The notes under the pieces: model-generated
What the model saw: only the letters and a program-made list of their open reading frames with translations
What the model was told of the DNA's origin: nothing
Database searches by the model: none
Shown: positions 49,979-59,191 of the stretch, piece by piece
Layout: the number at the start of each line of letters is the position of its first letter
Numbering within the stretch: position 1 is the stretch's first letter
NCBI GenBank assembly: GCA_963696385.1
Contig: CAVOKF010000005.1
Coordinates: 32,001 to 96,000 of the forward strand
Direction of reading: 5' to 3'
Source: an uncultured delta proteobacterium
GTDB taxonomy: Bacteria; Myxococcota_A; Polyangia; Polyangiales; Polyangiaceae
DNA length: 64,000 bases
Translations under genes and position numbers: made by a program

Positions 49979-51387
49979 TGTTCCGGGGCCGCGTGCGTCA
50001 TGTTCACTTCGTCGGCATTGGCGGCATCGGGATGAGCGGTCTGGCCGAAATTTTGCGCGCTCTCCAATTCGAGGTGAGTGGGTCGGATTTGAAGCCAAAC
50101 GAAAATACTCGCCGACTCGAGATGCTTGGTGTTCGCGCCTTCTTCGGACACGCTGCCAAAAACGTGATCGGCGCCGACGTGGTAGTTTATTCGAGCGCCA
50201 TCCAGCCCCAAAATCCAGAAATTACGCACGCCCGCACTCTCGAGATCCCAATTATTCCTCGGGCCGAAATGCTGGCGGAGCTCATGCGCAGCCGGTACGC
50301 GGTGACCATCGCCGGATCGCATGGGAAGACGACCACTACATCACTCGTAGCGACGATACTTCGTGCGGCCGGTCTCGACCCGACCGTCGTCGTCGGTGGC
50401 AAGGTGAATGCCCTTGGGACCAACGCGCGCCATGGAGAAGGCGACCTTTTTGTGGCCGAAGCCGACGAGAGCGACGGATCATTCCTCAAGCTCACGCCGA
50501 CGATCGCGGTCGTCACGAACATCGACGCCGAGCACCTCGATCATTACGGAACGCATGACGCCGTCAAAGATGCGTTCGTTGAGCACGCAAACAAGGTTCC
50601 GTTTTATGGGTTGTGTGTCCTCTGCCTCGACAATCCGAGCGTGCAGGAGATCCTGCCTCGCATCGATCGCCGTCACGTGACGTACGGGGTTTCGAAGGTC
50701 GCCGATTACCGCGCAACCAACGCTCGATTCGAAGGAGTCACGACGCGTTTCGAAGCGTTCCGGCGCGCCGAACGGCTCGGGACGTTCTTCGTGAGGATGC
50801 CGGGTGCACACAACGTGCTCAACGCCCTCGCGGCGATCGCCGTTGCGGACGAGCTGGAGGTCCCGCTCGACGTGACGCGCGATGCGATCGCGGGATTTCA
50901 CGGCGTCCAGAGGCGGTTCACCGTGCTCGGACAACCGCAGTACACGAAGGGAGGTCGGCGCGGCGACGTGATGGTTATCGATGACTACGGGCACCACCCT
51001 GCCGAGGTGGAGGCGACCCTCGACGCCGCGCAGCGGGGCTTCGAACGACGGGTCGTCGTAGCCTTTCAGCCACATCGGTATACGCGGACTCAGCTGCTGT
51101 TCGATGACTTCACGCGAGCATTCAACAAGGCTGACGTTCTTTTGGTGACCGAAGTGTATCCGGCAGGCGAACGACCAATCGATGGCGCCTCGGGCTTGTC
51201 GCTCTCCGAAGGCATCCGCGCGCACGGTCACCACGCCGTCACGTACGTCCGAGACAAGAAGGAGGTCGCGCAGGCTCTGTTCGATCTGCTCGAACCCGGA
51301 GACCTGGTCATTGCCCTAGGGGCGGGTGACATCAATGCGAGCGTCCGGGAGCTGCTGGTGATGATCGAGCGGAAGGCCACGCAATGA
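49978..51387 (+). CDS. murC: UDP-MurNAc--L-alanine ligase MurC
   Basis: '[12 protein letters not shown]', 'GSHGKTTTT', 'EADESDGSF', 'DDYGHHP', 'FQPHRY'. Confidence 0.97.
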   Translation: MFRGRVRHVHFVGIGGIGMSGLAEILRALQFEVSGSDLKPNENTRRLEMLGVRAFFGHAAKNVIGADVVVYSSAIQPQNPEITHARTLEIPIIPRAEMLAELMRSRYAVTIAGSHGKTTTTSLVATILRAAGLDPTVVVGGKVNALGTNARHGEGDLFVAEADESDGSFLKLTPTIAVVTNIDAEHLDHYGTHDAVKDAFVEHANKVPFYGLCVLCLDNPSVQEILPRIDRRHVTYGVSKVADYRATNARFEGVTTRFEAFRRAERLGTFFVRMPGAHNVLNALAAIAVADELEVPLDVTRDAIAGFHGVQRRFTVLGQPQYTKGGRRGDVMVIDDYGHHPAEVEATLDAAQRGFERRVVVAFQPHRYTRTQLLFDDFTRAFNKADVLLVTEVYPAGERPIDGASGLSLSEGIRAHGHHAVTYVRDKKEVAQALFDLLEPGDLVIALGAGDINASVRELLVMIERKATQ

Positions 51388-52238
51388 CTCCGGGCAACCG
51401 GCGGGTGGGGCCCTCCGCTGGGCGAGTGCGCGGCCACGAAGGAAAAGCTGCCGCTTCCACGCAGGGTCCCCTTCGCCCACGGTCCCTTTCCCGCGTGTTT
51501 GCCGCGTTTCGCACCTTGACTGGGGCTGCTCTCGTGAGCGGTGCGTCGCTCGGCGTGGCGTGGGTGGCTCGTCGCCAGGTCATGACAAGTGAGCGCTTTG
51601 CAATCTCGGCAATCGACGTCGAAGGTATGGATCGGCGCTCTTCCGATGTACTCGTTTCCGAAAGCGGTTTGTCGCTGGGTGGAAACATATTCGCCGCGGA
51701 CTTGGACGCCGCGCGCGCCAAACTGCTCGTCGACCCGTGGATTACCGACGCTACACTCGTTCGAAAGCTCCCCGGCACGATCTTGATCCGGGTGACCGAA
51801 CGTAAGCCTGCCGCCTTGATCGCTCTGGGTGAGACCTATCTCGCCACGGCCGATGGGGAGCCCTTCAAGTCGTTTGAGCCGAGTGACCCTGTCGATCTGC
51901 CGTTTGTCACCGGCATCGGTCCCGAGGCCGTCGCAGAGGATCGCGAAGGCGTGGCGCGGACGATTCGCCGGGCTATCGAGCTGGCGGCAGAGTTTGAGCG
52001 TACCGGTCTTGGAAAGCGCTCCCCCCTCGAGGAAATTCACGTCGGCGGCGACGGCTTCTTCACGCTCGTCGTTGGGCACGCGGCGATGCAGCTCATGCTC
52101 GGGGGGCCGCCATTTCGACGGAAGCTCGAACAGGCCGTCCGCGTCCTTGCCGAGCTCGACAAGCGTGGCGGGAAGGCCGATGCCATCTTGCTCGACAACG
52201 ATACCCGCCCGGAGCGGGTCGTCGTTCGGATGCGGTGA
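51384..52238 (+). CDS. ftsQ: Cell division protein FtsQ/DivIB
   Basis: One TM plus POTRA ('PWI..A.L.RKLP.TI.I.V.ER.P'); position before ftsA. Confidence 0.9.
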   Translation: MTPGNRRVGPSAGRVRGHEGKAAASTQGPLRPRSLSRVFAAFRTLTGAALVSGASLGVAWVARRQVMTSERFAISAIDVEGMDRRSSDVLVSESGLSLGGNIFAADLDAARAKLLVDPWITDATLVRKLPGTILIRVTERKPAALIALGETYLATADGEPFKSFEPSDPVDLPFVTGIGPEAVAEDREGVARTIRRAIELAAEFERTGLGKRSPLEEIHVGGDGFFTLVVGHAAMQLMLGGPPFRRKLEQAVRVLAELDKRGGKADAILLDNDTRPERVVVRMR

Positions 52239-52298
52239 CGAGCGCGGGCATGCCGAAGATTTGGCCCACGCTGCCGCCGCGTGCGATTGCCGATCCAG

Positions 52299-53573
52299 AT
52301 GAGCATCGCAGCTTCGCAAGGCGAGATCGTCGTAGGCCTTGATATTGGCACCACCAAGGTGTGCGCCGTCGTGGCCGAGGTCGACGCGGCCGATGGGATC
52401 ACGATCCTGGGTGTCGGCATGGTGCCCTGCCGAGGGCTTCGAAAGGGTATCGTCGCCAACATCGATTGGACCGTTCGCTCAATCCGGGACGCGATCGAGA
52501 GCGCGCAGACGATGGCGGGGGTCGAGATCAGAACCATATATGCCGGCATCGGGGGTAGCCATGTGCGCTCATCCGCGAGCGACGGGGTGGCGGCCATCGC
52601 GGGGGGCGAGGTAACACGCAGCGACGTCGAGCGGGTACTCGAAGGGGCACGAGCCATTCCGGTCGATGCTGACCGCCAAATCCTACACGTTCTGCCGCGC
52701 GAGTACATGGTCGACAGCCAGGACGGCATCCGTGATCCAATCGGCATGGCTGGCGTGCGGCTCGGCGTGAAAGTCAATCTCGTCACGGCGGCCACCAGCT
52801 GCGCGCAGAACGTCATCCGCTGTGCCGAACGATGCGGGCTCACCGTCGCGGATGTGGTGCTGCAGCCTCTCGCAAGCGCTGAGGCCGTACTGAGCGACGA
52901 TGAGAAGGAGATAGGCGTTGCGGTCGTCGACATCGGCGGCGGAACGACCGATGTGCTGCTCTACGTCGATGGCGGCATCGCTCACGCGAGCGTGATTCCA
53001 GTTGGCGGCAACAACATCACGAGCGACGTTGCCGCAGGACTGCGGACCCCGATGGCGGAAGCTGATCGCCTGAAGCGCCTCGCCGGCTGTGCGCTCGGGC
53101 GCATGGTGGCCGATGACGAGGAGATCGAAGTGCCGGGCGTTGGTGGTCACGCGCCCCGGAAGACGGCACGCCGCGTGCTGAGCGACATCATCGAGCCAAG
53201 GGTCGAGGAGATCTTCGCCGTCGTCCGCAAGCGCATCGAAGACACGGGGATGCTCGAGCAACTGAGCGCGGGCGTGGTTCTGACCGGTGGCGCCGTGTTG
53301 CTTCAGGGCATGAGTGAGTTTGCGGAGGAAATCCTGGGAATGCCGGTCCGCATAGGAATGCCGACGGCGATCAAGGGGATCACGCAACTTGTTCACGGCC
53401 CCGAATACGCCGCCGGCGTCGGGCTCGTGAAATACGGCGCGCACGCGATCGGCGCGGAGGCCGTCCAGCCCGTTGCGGCCGCCGCTCCGCTCCGGACTCG
53501 GGCGCAGTCGCAGGTCGAAATTCCCGAGCCTCGCAAGTCTGGGTTTTGGCACTGGTTCAAAGCCGCATTTTAG
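52299..53573 (+). CDS. ftsA: Cell division protein FtsA
   Basis: 'GLDIGTTKV', 'VDIGGGTTD', 'LTGG'; C-terminal amphipathic 'FWHWFKAAF'. Confidence 0.97.
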   Translation: MSIAASQGEIVVGLDIGTTKVCAVVAEVDAADGITILGVGMVPCRGLRKGIVANIDWTVRSIRDAIESAQTMAGVEIRTIYAGIGGSHVRSSASDGVAAIAGGEVTRSDVERVLEGARAIPVDADRQILHVLPREYMVDSQDGIRDPIGMAGVRLGVKVNLVTAATSCAQNVIRCAERCGLTVADVVLQPLASAEAVLSDDEKEIGVAVVDIGGGTTDVLLYVDGGIAHASVIPVGGNNITSDVAAGLRTPMAEADRLKRLAGCALGRMVADDEEIEVPGVGGHAPRKTARRVLSDIIEPRVEEIFAVVRKRIEDTGMLEQLSAGVVLTGGAVLLQGMSEFAEEILGMPVRIGMPTAIKGITQLVHGPEYAAGVGLVKYGAHAIGAEAVQPVAAAAPLRTRAQSQVEIPEPRKSGFWHWFKAAF

Positions 53574-53662
53574 CGAGTGGGAGTCAATCCTACGAATCGC
53601 AGACGAGAAGTTGAGTAGTTTCCCGAGGGTGTCTTAGACGGTTTGCCGGAGGATCAACGCCG

Positions 53663-54946
53663 ATGAGTTTCTCGATCGAGTTCGCGGACGAATCGCAGCA
53701 ATACGAGGCTCGCATCAAAGTCGTCGGTGTGGGCGGCTCAGGCGGCAATGCGGTGAACACGATGATCAGCTTCGGCCTCGAAGGGGTGGAGTTCATCGTA
53801 GTGAACACCGACGCGCAGGCGCTCAATTCCAGTGCCGCCGCGACGAAGCTCCCTATCGGCGCGAACATTACGCGCGGTCTCGGCGCCGGCGCCGACCCTG
53901 AGAAGGGAAGAAAGGCAGCCCTCGAGGACGTTCAGCGCATCAAGGAACTCATCGGTGGGGCCGACATGGTCTTCGTGACCGCGGGAATGGGAGGGGGCAC
54001 CGGAACCGGTGCCGCTCCGGTAATTGCGCAGATTGCTCGCGAGGAAGGCGCGCTTACCGTTGGTGTGGTCACCAAGCCCTTCCTCTTCGAAGGTAGGCAG
54101 CGTGCACGCCGAGCCGAGCTCGGTCTAGCGATGCTATCCGAGCACGTCGACACCCTCATCACGATCCCAAATCAGAAGCTCGTGTTGTTGGGTGACGACG
54201 ACCTTACGTTCATCGATGCCTGCCGCAAAGCCGACGAAGTGCTCTTTCAGGCCGTCAAGGGTATCAGCGACCTCATCACGCAAAACGGGATCGTGAACGT
54301 CGACTTTGCCGACGTCAAAACGGTCATGAGTCACATGGGCCGGGCGCTCATGGGGACGGGCGTTGCAAAGGGTCAGAATCGCGCACGCTTGGCGGCCGAG
54401 ATGGCCGTGACGTCCCCATTGCTCGACGACATCAGTGTCGAAGGGGCGACCGGCGTTCTCATCAACGTCGTCGGTGGGCCCGATCTGAAAATGAAGGAAA
54501 TCCAAGAAGCTGCGAGCCTCGTGCAGGAGCAAGCTCATGAGGACGCAAACATTATTTTCGGCGCCAGCATCGACGAGACGCTGGGGGAAAACGTGAAAGT
54601 CACGGTGATTGCCACCGGGTTCGACGGCGTTGAGCGAGAGATCGCGCTCGAGGCTCCGGTAGCCAGGCCATCGCTCGCACCTCAAGCGCTCTCGTCCGGC
54701 CATGCACACGCACGCTCGGCGCCAGCTCCTACCGTGGCGCGTTCGCACAATGACGCTTTGCCGAGCATGCGGCGGTCGCCCCTCCCCCAGCCGGCGTTCG
54801 CCCGCGCGGACGTCCGCCCGGACGCGCGTCCACAGGCCGTTGCGATGCAGGCGCGTCCGGCGCCCCGGGCAGCGCAAGTCCAGGATGCTTTTCCGGCCCT
54901 CGACCACGATTGGGACGTGCCAGCATTCCAACGCAAGGGGCGCTGA
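53663..54946 (+). CDS. ftsZ: Cell division protein FtsZ
   Basis: 'GGGTGTG' tubulin signature, 'NVDFADV', C-terminal 'DVPAFQRK'. Confidence 0.98.
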   Translation: MSFSIEFADESQQYEARIKVVGVGGSGGNAVNTMISFGLEGVEFIVVNTDAQALNSSAAATKLPIGANITRGLGAGADPEKGRKAALEDVQRIKELIGGADMVFVTAGMGGGTGTGAAPVIAQIAREEGALTVGVVTKPFLFEGRQRARRAELGLAMLSEHVDTLITIPNQKLVLLGDDDLTFIDACRKADEVLFQAVKGISDLITQNGIVNVDFADVKTVMSHMGRALMGTGVAKGQNRARLAAEMAVTSPLLDDISVEGATGVLINVVGGPDLKMKEIQEAASLVQEQAHEDANIIFGASIDETLGENVKVTVIATGFDGVEREIALEAPVARPSLAPQALSSGHAHARSAPAPTVARSHNDALPSMRRSPLPQPAFARADVRPDARPQAVAMQARPAPRAAQVQDAFPALDHDWDVPAFQRKGR

Positions 54947-54952
54947 CGGTGG

Positions 54953-55840
54953 TCACCTCGTCAAGCGCACGACCGCGGTTTCGAGAGCCTCCGCCTCGCG
55001 AATGACTGTACTCAGCCCCTCGGCGTCTGAGGCGTGAATCAAGACTTCCGCTGCTCCGATCCACGCGAGCGCATCGCGTCGATCGACGGCACCGACGAAG
55101 CGTGCGTCGATCGCCAGACTACGCGCGAGTTGCTCCAGCCGGGGCCGCTCGGGTCCGTCACCGACGACGATGAGCGCCTCGACTGAGGCGTCTCGAGCGA
55201 CATACGCGATCACTCGATCGACGCGCTTGCTCGCAACCAGGCGCCCTACGCAAACGGCGACGCGCAAGCCTGCGAGCTCGCGGCGTCGCGCCTGGACGGC
55301 GTCCGCGACGTCCGGCATTTCGATCGGTGGCGCCCGGACGACCGCAAGGTCCGCGACGCGGCTACCCGTCTCTCGATCGAGCGAGTCGAGCAACTGGGAT
55401 CGCAGATCCTCCGACGCGAACGTCCAACTGATCGCGCGGGCCGCTAGCGCTTGAACAATGCTGCGGCGCACCGCCGGGGGCGAGCTTGCCAGCAATCGTA
55501 CGTCGCCTCCGTGGGAGACGACGTCCAAACGAGCGCGCGACGCGGTCCCGATAGGCCAGCCGCACGGAACGCACCAGTGCGCTACGACCCGGTTGACGTG
55601 CAGTTTCGCAACGCGCCGGCGCGTCGACACAATCCAACGCCCAGCGCCGAAGGCCCGAAAGGGGTGCTCGCGAAGGCGCGCGGCAACGCCGGGCCAGCCG
55701 AACGCGCCACCGGGTCCCGGAGCGAGGATGACGACTTGATCGCCATTTCGCTCGAGCTCACGCGCGTGAGCAAGCACGAAGTGACCGGCTGGGTCAAACG
55801 TGTGAGCGGGCCAGCTTGTCGTCACGAGCGCGATGCGCAT
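54953..55840 (-). CDS. Glycosyltransferase family 4 (GT-B)
   Basis: 'MRIALVTTSWP', 'VGRLVASKRVD', 'VGDGPER', EX7E 'EGLSTVIRE'. Confidence 0.85.
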   Translation of the reverse strand: MRIALVTTSWPAHTFDPAGHFVLAHARELERNGDQVVILAPGPGGAFGWPGVAARLREHPFRAFGAGRWIVSTRRRVAKLHVNRVVAHWCVPCGWPIGTASRARLDVVSHGGDVRLLASSPPAVRRSIVQALAARAISWTFASEDLRSQLLDSLDRETGSRVADLAVVRAPPIEMPDVADAVQARRRELAGLRVAVCVGRLVASKRVDRVIAYVARDASVEALIVVGDGPERPRLEQLARSLAIDARFVGAVDRRDALAWIGAAEVLIHASDAEGLSTVIREAEALETAVVRLTR

Positions 55841-55902
55841 CGGCTCGGGCCCCGCGATGTCGGAACCGGCGCGACGGCGGCCCCGATGGTAGATCCAATG
55901 GA

Positions 55903-57870
55903 GTGGAAGCGCCGTTTCGTTCGTTCGTCTTCCGCGGACGGATCCTGTTCTTGACCGCGGACTCGGCACTCGTACGCTCCCAGATCGAGGGGGAGAATCT
56001 CGAATTCGAGCCCGATCTGCCGCTCTTGGACAACATTTCGACCGACGAGATTACACCGGGGTGGGTCTGTTATCATTACGATGAGACGCTGGGTCGCTAC
56101 TGCCTTGTGGGCTTGAGGGGGGGGACCATCGGTCGAAATGCCGTGCGTGACGGCGGCTTCGAGGTCGTCGTTAGCGGGGCATCGAAGGGGTGCGGGTCGT
56201 CGCGTGAGACCGCTCCATACAGCGAGCTCGCGGCCGGGGTAAAGCTCGTCATCGCCAAGAGCCTCGAGAAAATCTATCGCCAGAATGCGGAAAACATCGG
56301 TCTTCTGACGAGTAGCGACCTTGGGCTGATCCCACGAATCTTGCGCGGCGAAGCGATCGCCATGCACGAGTTCACGAAAGGCCTCGATCCGATCAGCGCC
56401 AGCGTTGTCGAGCATGGAGGCCTGTTCGCCTACAATCGCGCCCGCCTGTCGGGCGACGTTTCGCCACCACCCATCGTCACCGGACCGCGTCCGATGACGC
56501 TTTGCGAGAAAATCCTTGCCGACCATGCGGTCATCGATGCGCGCAGTGGCCGCTTGGGAGCGCCGGCCGTTAAGCCCGGCGACGCGTTCTTCGCGCGCAC
56601 AGACGTTCGTTTCACCCATGAATACGTCACGCCCATGGCCGCGGCTCTTTTTCGCAGCGGCTTCGGAGCGGACGCTCGAGTCGAGGCCCCGGGCAGCGTC
56701 TATGCCTTTCGCGATCATCTCACGTTTCTCGATCTCGTCATGCCCCGCGCTCACCGCGACATGGGACTCGACGCGCAAGCGCGCAGTCTGGCTGACGTCC
56801 AAGAGGACTTTGCTAGTCGGTCCGGAATTACGTTGCACGGAGAGGTTTACCGAGAGGGTCGGCTCGTCGGCTCGGAAGCGATTTGCCACAACAAGATCAT
56901 CGAAGACATTGCGCTTCCCGGGCAGTTGGTTGTGGGTACCGATAGCCACACGTGCATGGCGGGTGCGCTCGGCTGTCTGGCCTTCGGCGTCGGAGCGACG
57001 GACATGGCCAACGCCTGGGCCACACGCGACGTTCGCGTCACGGTACCCGAGACCGCACGGTGCATTTTGCGTGGGCGGCTGCGTCCCTCCGTTTGCGCCA
57101 AAGACGTCATGCTGTTCATCCTCAGTCAGCCATTTTTCAAATCGGGTGCGGCTATCGGAAAGGCGCTCGAGTTCGCAGGAGAGGGTGTCTCGGCACTTCC
57201 ACTCGATGAGCGCGCGACCCTTACGAACATGGCGGTCGAGGCTGGCTGCTTCACTGGAATCATCGAAGCCGACGCCCTGGTCGTGGAGTATCTTGGGGAA
57301 CAGCGAGGCTTGGCGGCCGGGGAGATCGCGAGCAGAATCGTACGCGCCGATCCGGACGCGCAGTACTGCGAGACGTTCGAGGTCGACCTTGCCTGCGTTC
57401 CGACCATGGTGGCGACCCCGGGCGACCCGCGAAACGGCGTGCCGCTCGACAGCCTGGAGCAAGACGTGGCGATCGACATTGCCTACGGCGGCTCGTGCAC
57501 GGGAGGCAAGAAGGTCGACATGGACATGTATGCGAGTGTTTTTTCCGCAGCACTCGCTAAAGGTAAGCGAGTCGCGCCTGGAGTTCAGCTCTTTCTCCAG
57601 TTCGGGTCCCAAGAGATCCGGCGGTACGCGGCGCAGCGCGGCTACTTGGACCTGTTCGCGCGCGTGGGGGCGACGCTCGTCGACCCCTCATGCGGAGCGT
57701 GTATCAAGGCCGGGCCGGGCGCCAGTGAGCGGTCAAGTCAAGTCACCGTGAGCGCCCAAAATCGAAATTTCCCCGGCCGCAGTGGGCCCGGTAAGGTCTA
57801 CTTGGCGAGTCCATTCGTGGTGGCGGCGAGCGCTATCGCGGGCCGCATCGCGTCGGTCAGCAAGATATGA
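55903..57870 (+). CDS. Aconitase-family hydro-lyase: fused LeuD-like (N-terminal) and LeuC-like (C-terminal) domains
   Basis: 'DNISTDEITP', 'GCGSSRE', then 'MTLCEKI', 'GTDSHT', 'GSCTG', 'SCGAC', 'NRNFPGRSG', 'YLASP'. Confidence 0.9.
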   Translation: MEAPFRSFVFRGRILFLTADSALVRSQIEGENLEFEPDLPLLDNISTDEITPGWVCYHYDETLGRYCLVGLRGGTIGRNAVRDGGFEVVVSGASKGCGSSRETAPYSELAAGVKLVIAKSLEKIYRQNAENIGLLTSSDLGLIPRILRGEAIAMHEFTKGLDPISASVVEHGGLFAYNRARLSGDVSPPPIVTGPRPMTLCEKILADHAVIDARSGRLGAPAVKPGDAFFARTDVRFTHEYVTPMAAALFRSGFGADARVEAPGSVYAFRDHLTFLDLVMPRAHRDMGLDAQARSLADVQEDFASRSGITLHGEVYREGRLVGSEAICHNKIIEDIALPGQLVVGTDSHTCMAGALGCLAFGVGATDMANAWATRDVRVTVPETARCILRGRLRPSVCAKDVMLFILSQPFFKSGAAIGKALEFAGEGVSALPLDERATLTNMAVEAGCFTGIIEADALVVEYLGEQRGLAAGEIASRIVRADPDAQYCETFEVDLACVPTMVATPGDPRNGVPLDSLEQDVAIDIAYGGSCTGGKKVDMDMYASVFSAALAKGKRVAPGVQLFLQFGSQEIRRYAAQRGYLDLFARVGATLVDPSCGACIKAGPGASERSSQVTVSAQNRNFPGRSGPGKVYLASPFVVAASAIAGRIASVSKI

Positions 57871-57871
57871 A

Positions 57872-58858
57872 TTAGATCTTGCGGAACTCTTCAATGAAGT
57901 CCCAGTCGGCGATGAGACCTTTCCGCAGCATGACCGAAAGGAGCGCGGAGAACATGGCCTCCCAGCGCGGCTCGGCCCCGAGGATTTCGCTCGCGTCCGC
58001 ACCGTGCGCTACTGCGCGCAGTGCACTCACCAGATCCCGCGCGGTGAGCTGATCGCTCAGCTCCTCGTGTGTGCGCGGCGCGTGTTCGGCTGAATCCGGG
58101 GTTTTGACCGGGGCGGGGATCGAGACCCGAGTCCCGTCTAACAGCGTCAGCGAAATCATTTTCGGTCGCGTGCGCCTGGGCGCCGTGATCTCGCGTTCGG
58201 TCGCCTCGATGTCCGGTGCGGAGTCGGCGCTATCCTTCTGTGCGTCATGCGGCACGCTCCGCGCGGGCTGAGGGGCGACGGCTTCGAGGGTGACTGGCTC
58301 CCGTCGATTGCGATGCGCTTCGATTGGTGGCGCGGCGGGCTTGGGTAGCGGAGGCTCGGCTGCGACGATTCGGGGTGAGTGCGCCGAGGCGGTCTGCGCG
58401 GGCGGCGCCGAGGCCCTTTCGCCCAGGTAGTAGACTCGAATGGCTGCACGGATGTCGCTCGGGCAAGCGATCATCGGTTTCACGGGAAGCGCTGCGGTCC
58501 GCGCCACGTCGTCGATCGCGGCTTCGTTCGTTGGGTCGTCCATGGCCACGTAAAGCGTTTCACCCTGGCCACGCACCCGACGAACGAAGATCGGCACAAG
58601 CGAGTACCGCTCCGCGATCTCGCGGGTCACGAGGTTCAGGAGGGAGCGTGAAAAATCAACATGGTACAGCGATACCCACGGCACACTTAGCTGACGCGAC
58701 AGGGTCTGCGTCAGCTGGATTTCATTGACGAGCCCGAGTTCGATGAGAAGATGCCCAAGCTTGCGGCCGTCCTTTCGCTGCGCGAAGAGCGCCTGCTCGA
58801 GTTGAGACTGCGAAATGACAGCCGCCTCGACCAGTAGCTCGCCGATGCGCTTCGCCAA
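57872..58858 (-). CDS. Stand-alone MshEN / GspE-PilB N-terminal domain protein (no ATPase domain)
   Basis: 'RIGELLVEAAVISQSQLEQALFAQ' and 'KLGHLLIELGLV'; 'LYVAMDDP'; AGGAG before TTG 58858. Confidence 0.85.
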   Translation of the reverse strand: MAKRIGELLVEAAVISQSQLEQALFAQRKDGRKLGHLLIELGLVNEIQLTQTLSRQLSVPWVSLYHVDFSRSLLNLVTREIAERYSLVPIFVRRVRGQGETLYVAMDDPTNEAAIDDVARTAALPVKPMIACPSDIRAAIRVYYLGERASAPPAQTASAHSPRIVAAEPPLPKPAAPPIEAHRNRREPVTLEAVAPQPARSVPHDAQKDSADSAPDIEATEREITAPRRTRPKMISLTLLDGTRVSIPAPVKTPDSAEHAPRTHEELSDQLTARDLVSALRAVAHGADASEILGAEPRWEAMFSALLSVMLRKGLIADWDFIEEFRKI

Positions 58859-59191
58859 AGTGGCTCCTATGGTACGCGACGGCTGCGCCGTCACGGTGAA
58901 ATCTCGCCTCTCGGCGTACCCGCGAGCACACATTTCCGGATGGTTTCGCGCGAAACCCGTATCCGGAGCCGCGGCTTTCGCTTGTCGCGTCGACCTGAGT
59001 CGCGCGGGACGTCGACGCCGGACGTTACGCGACTCGTGTATCACCCCAAGACTCTTGACACAAAGATCTCGATTGGTGCCGTCCAACCCATAGCACGCGC
59101 TGGCGGCAAAGCGTAGCATGGGCTCTAGTTTGGGTGGGGCCCGTTCCTTCGTGTGGCGCGCGTGGTAATGTCGGCATCCCGCGGTCGTGCC

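Noticed and set aside
59055..59083. TTGACA upstream of the kinase gene as a sigma70 promoter
   Set aside because: No plausible -10 element at 16-18 nt spacing.
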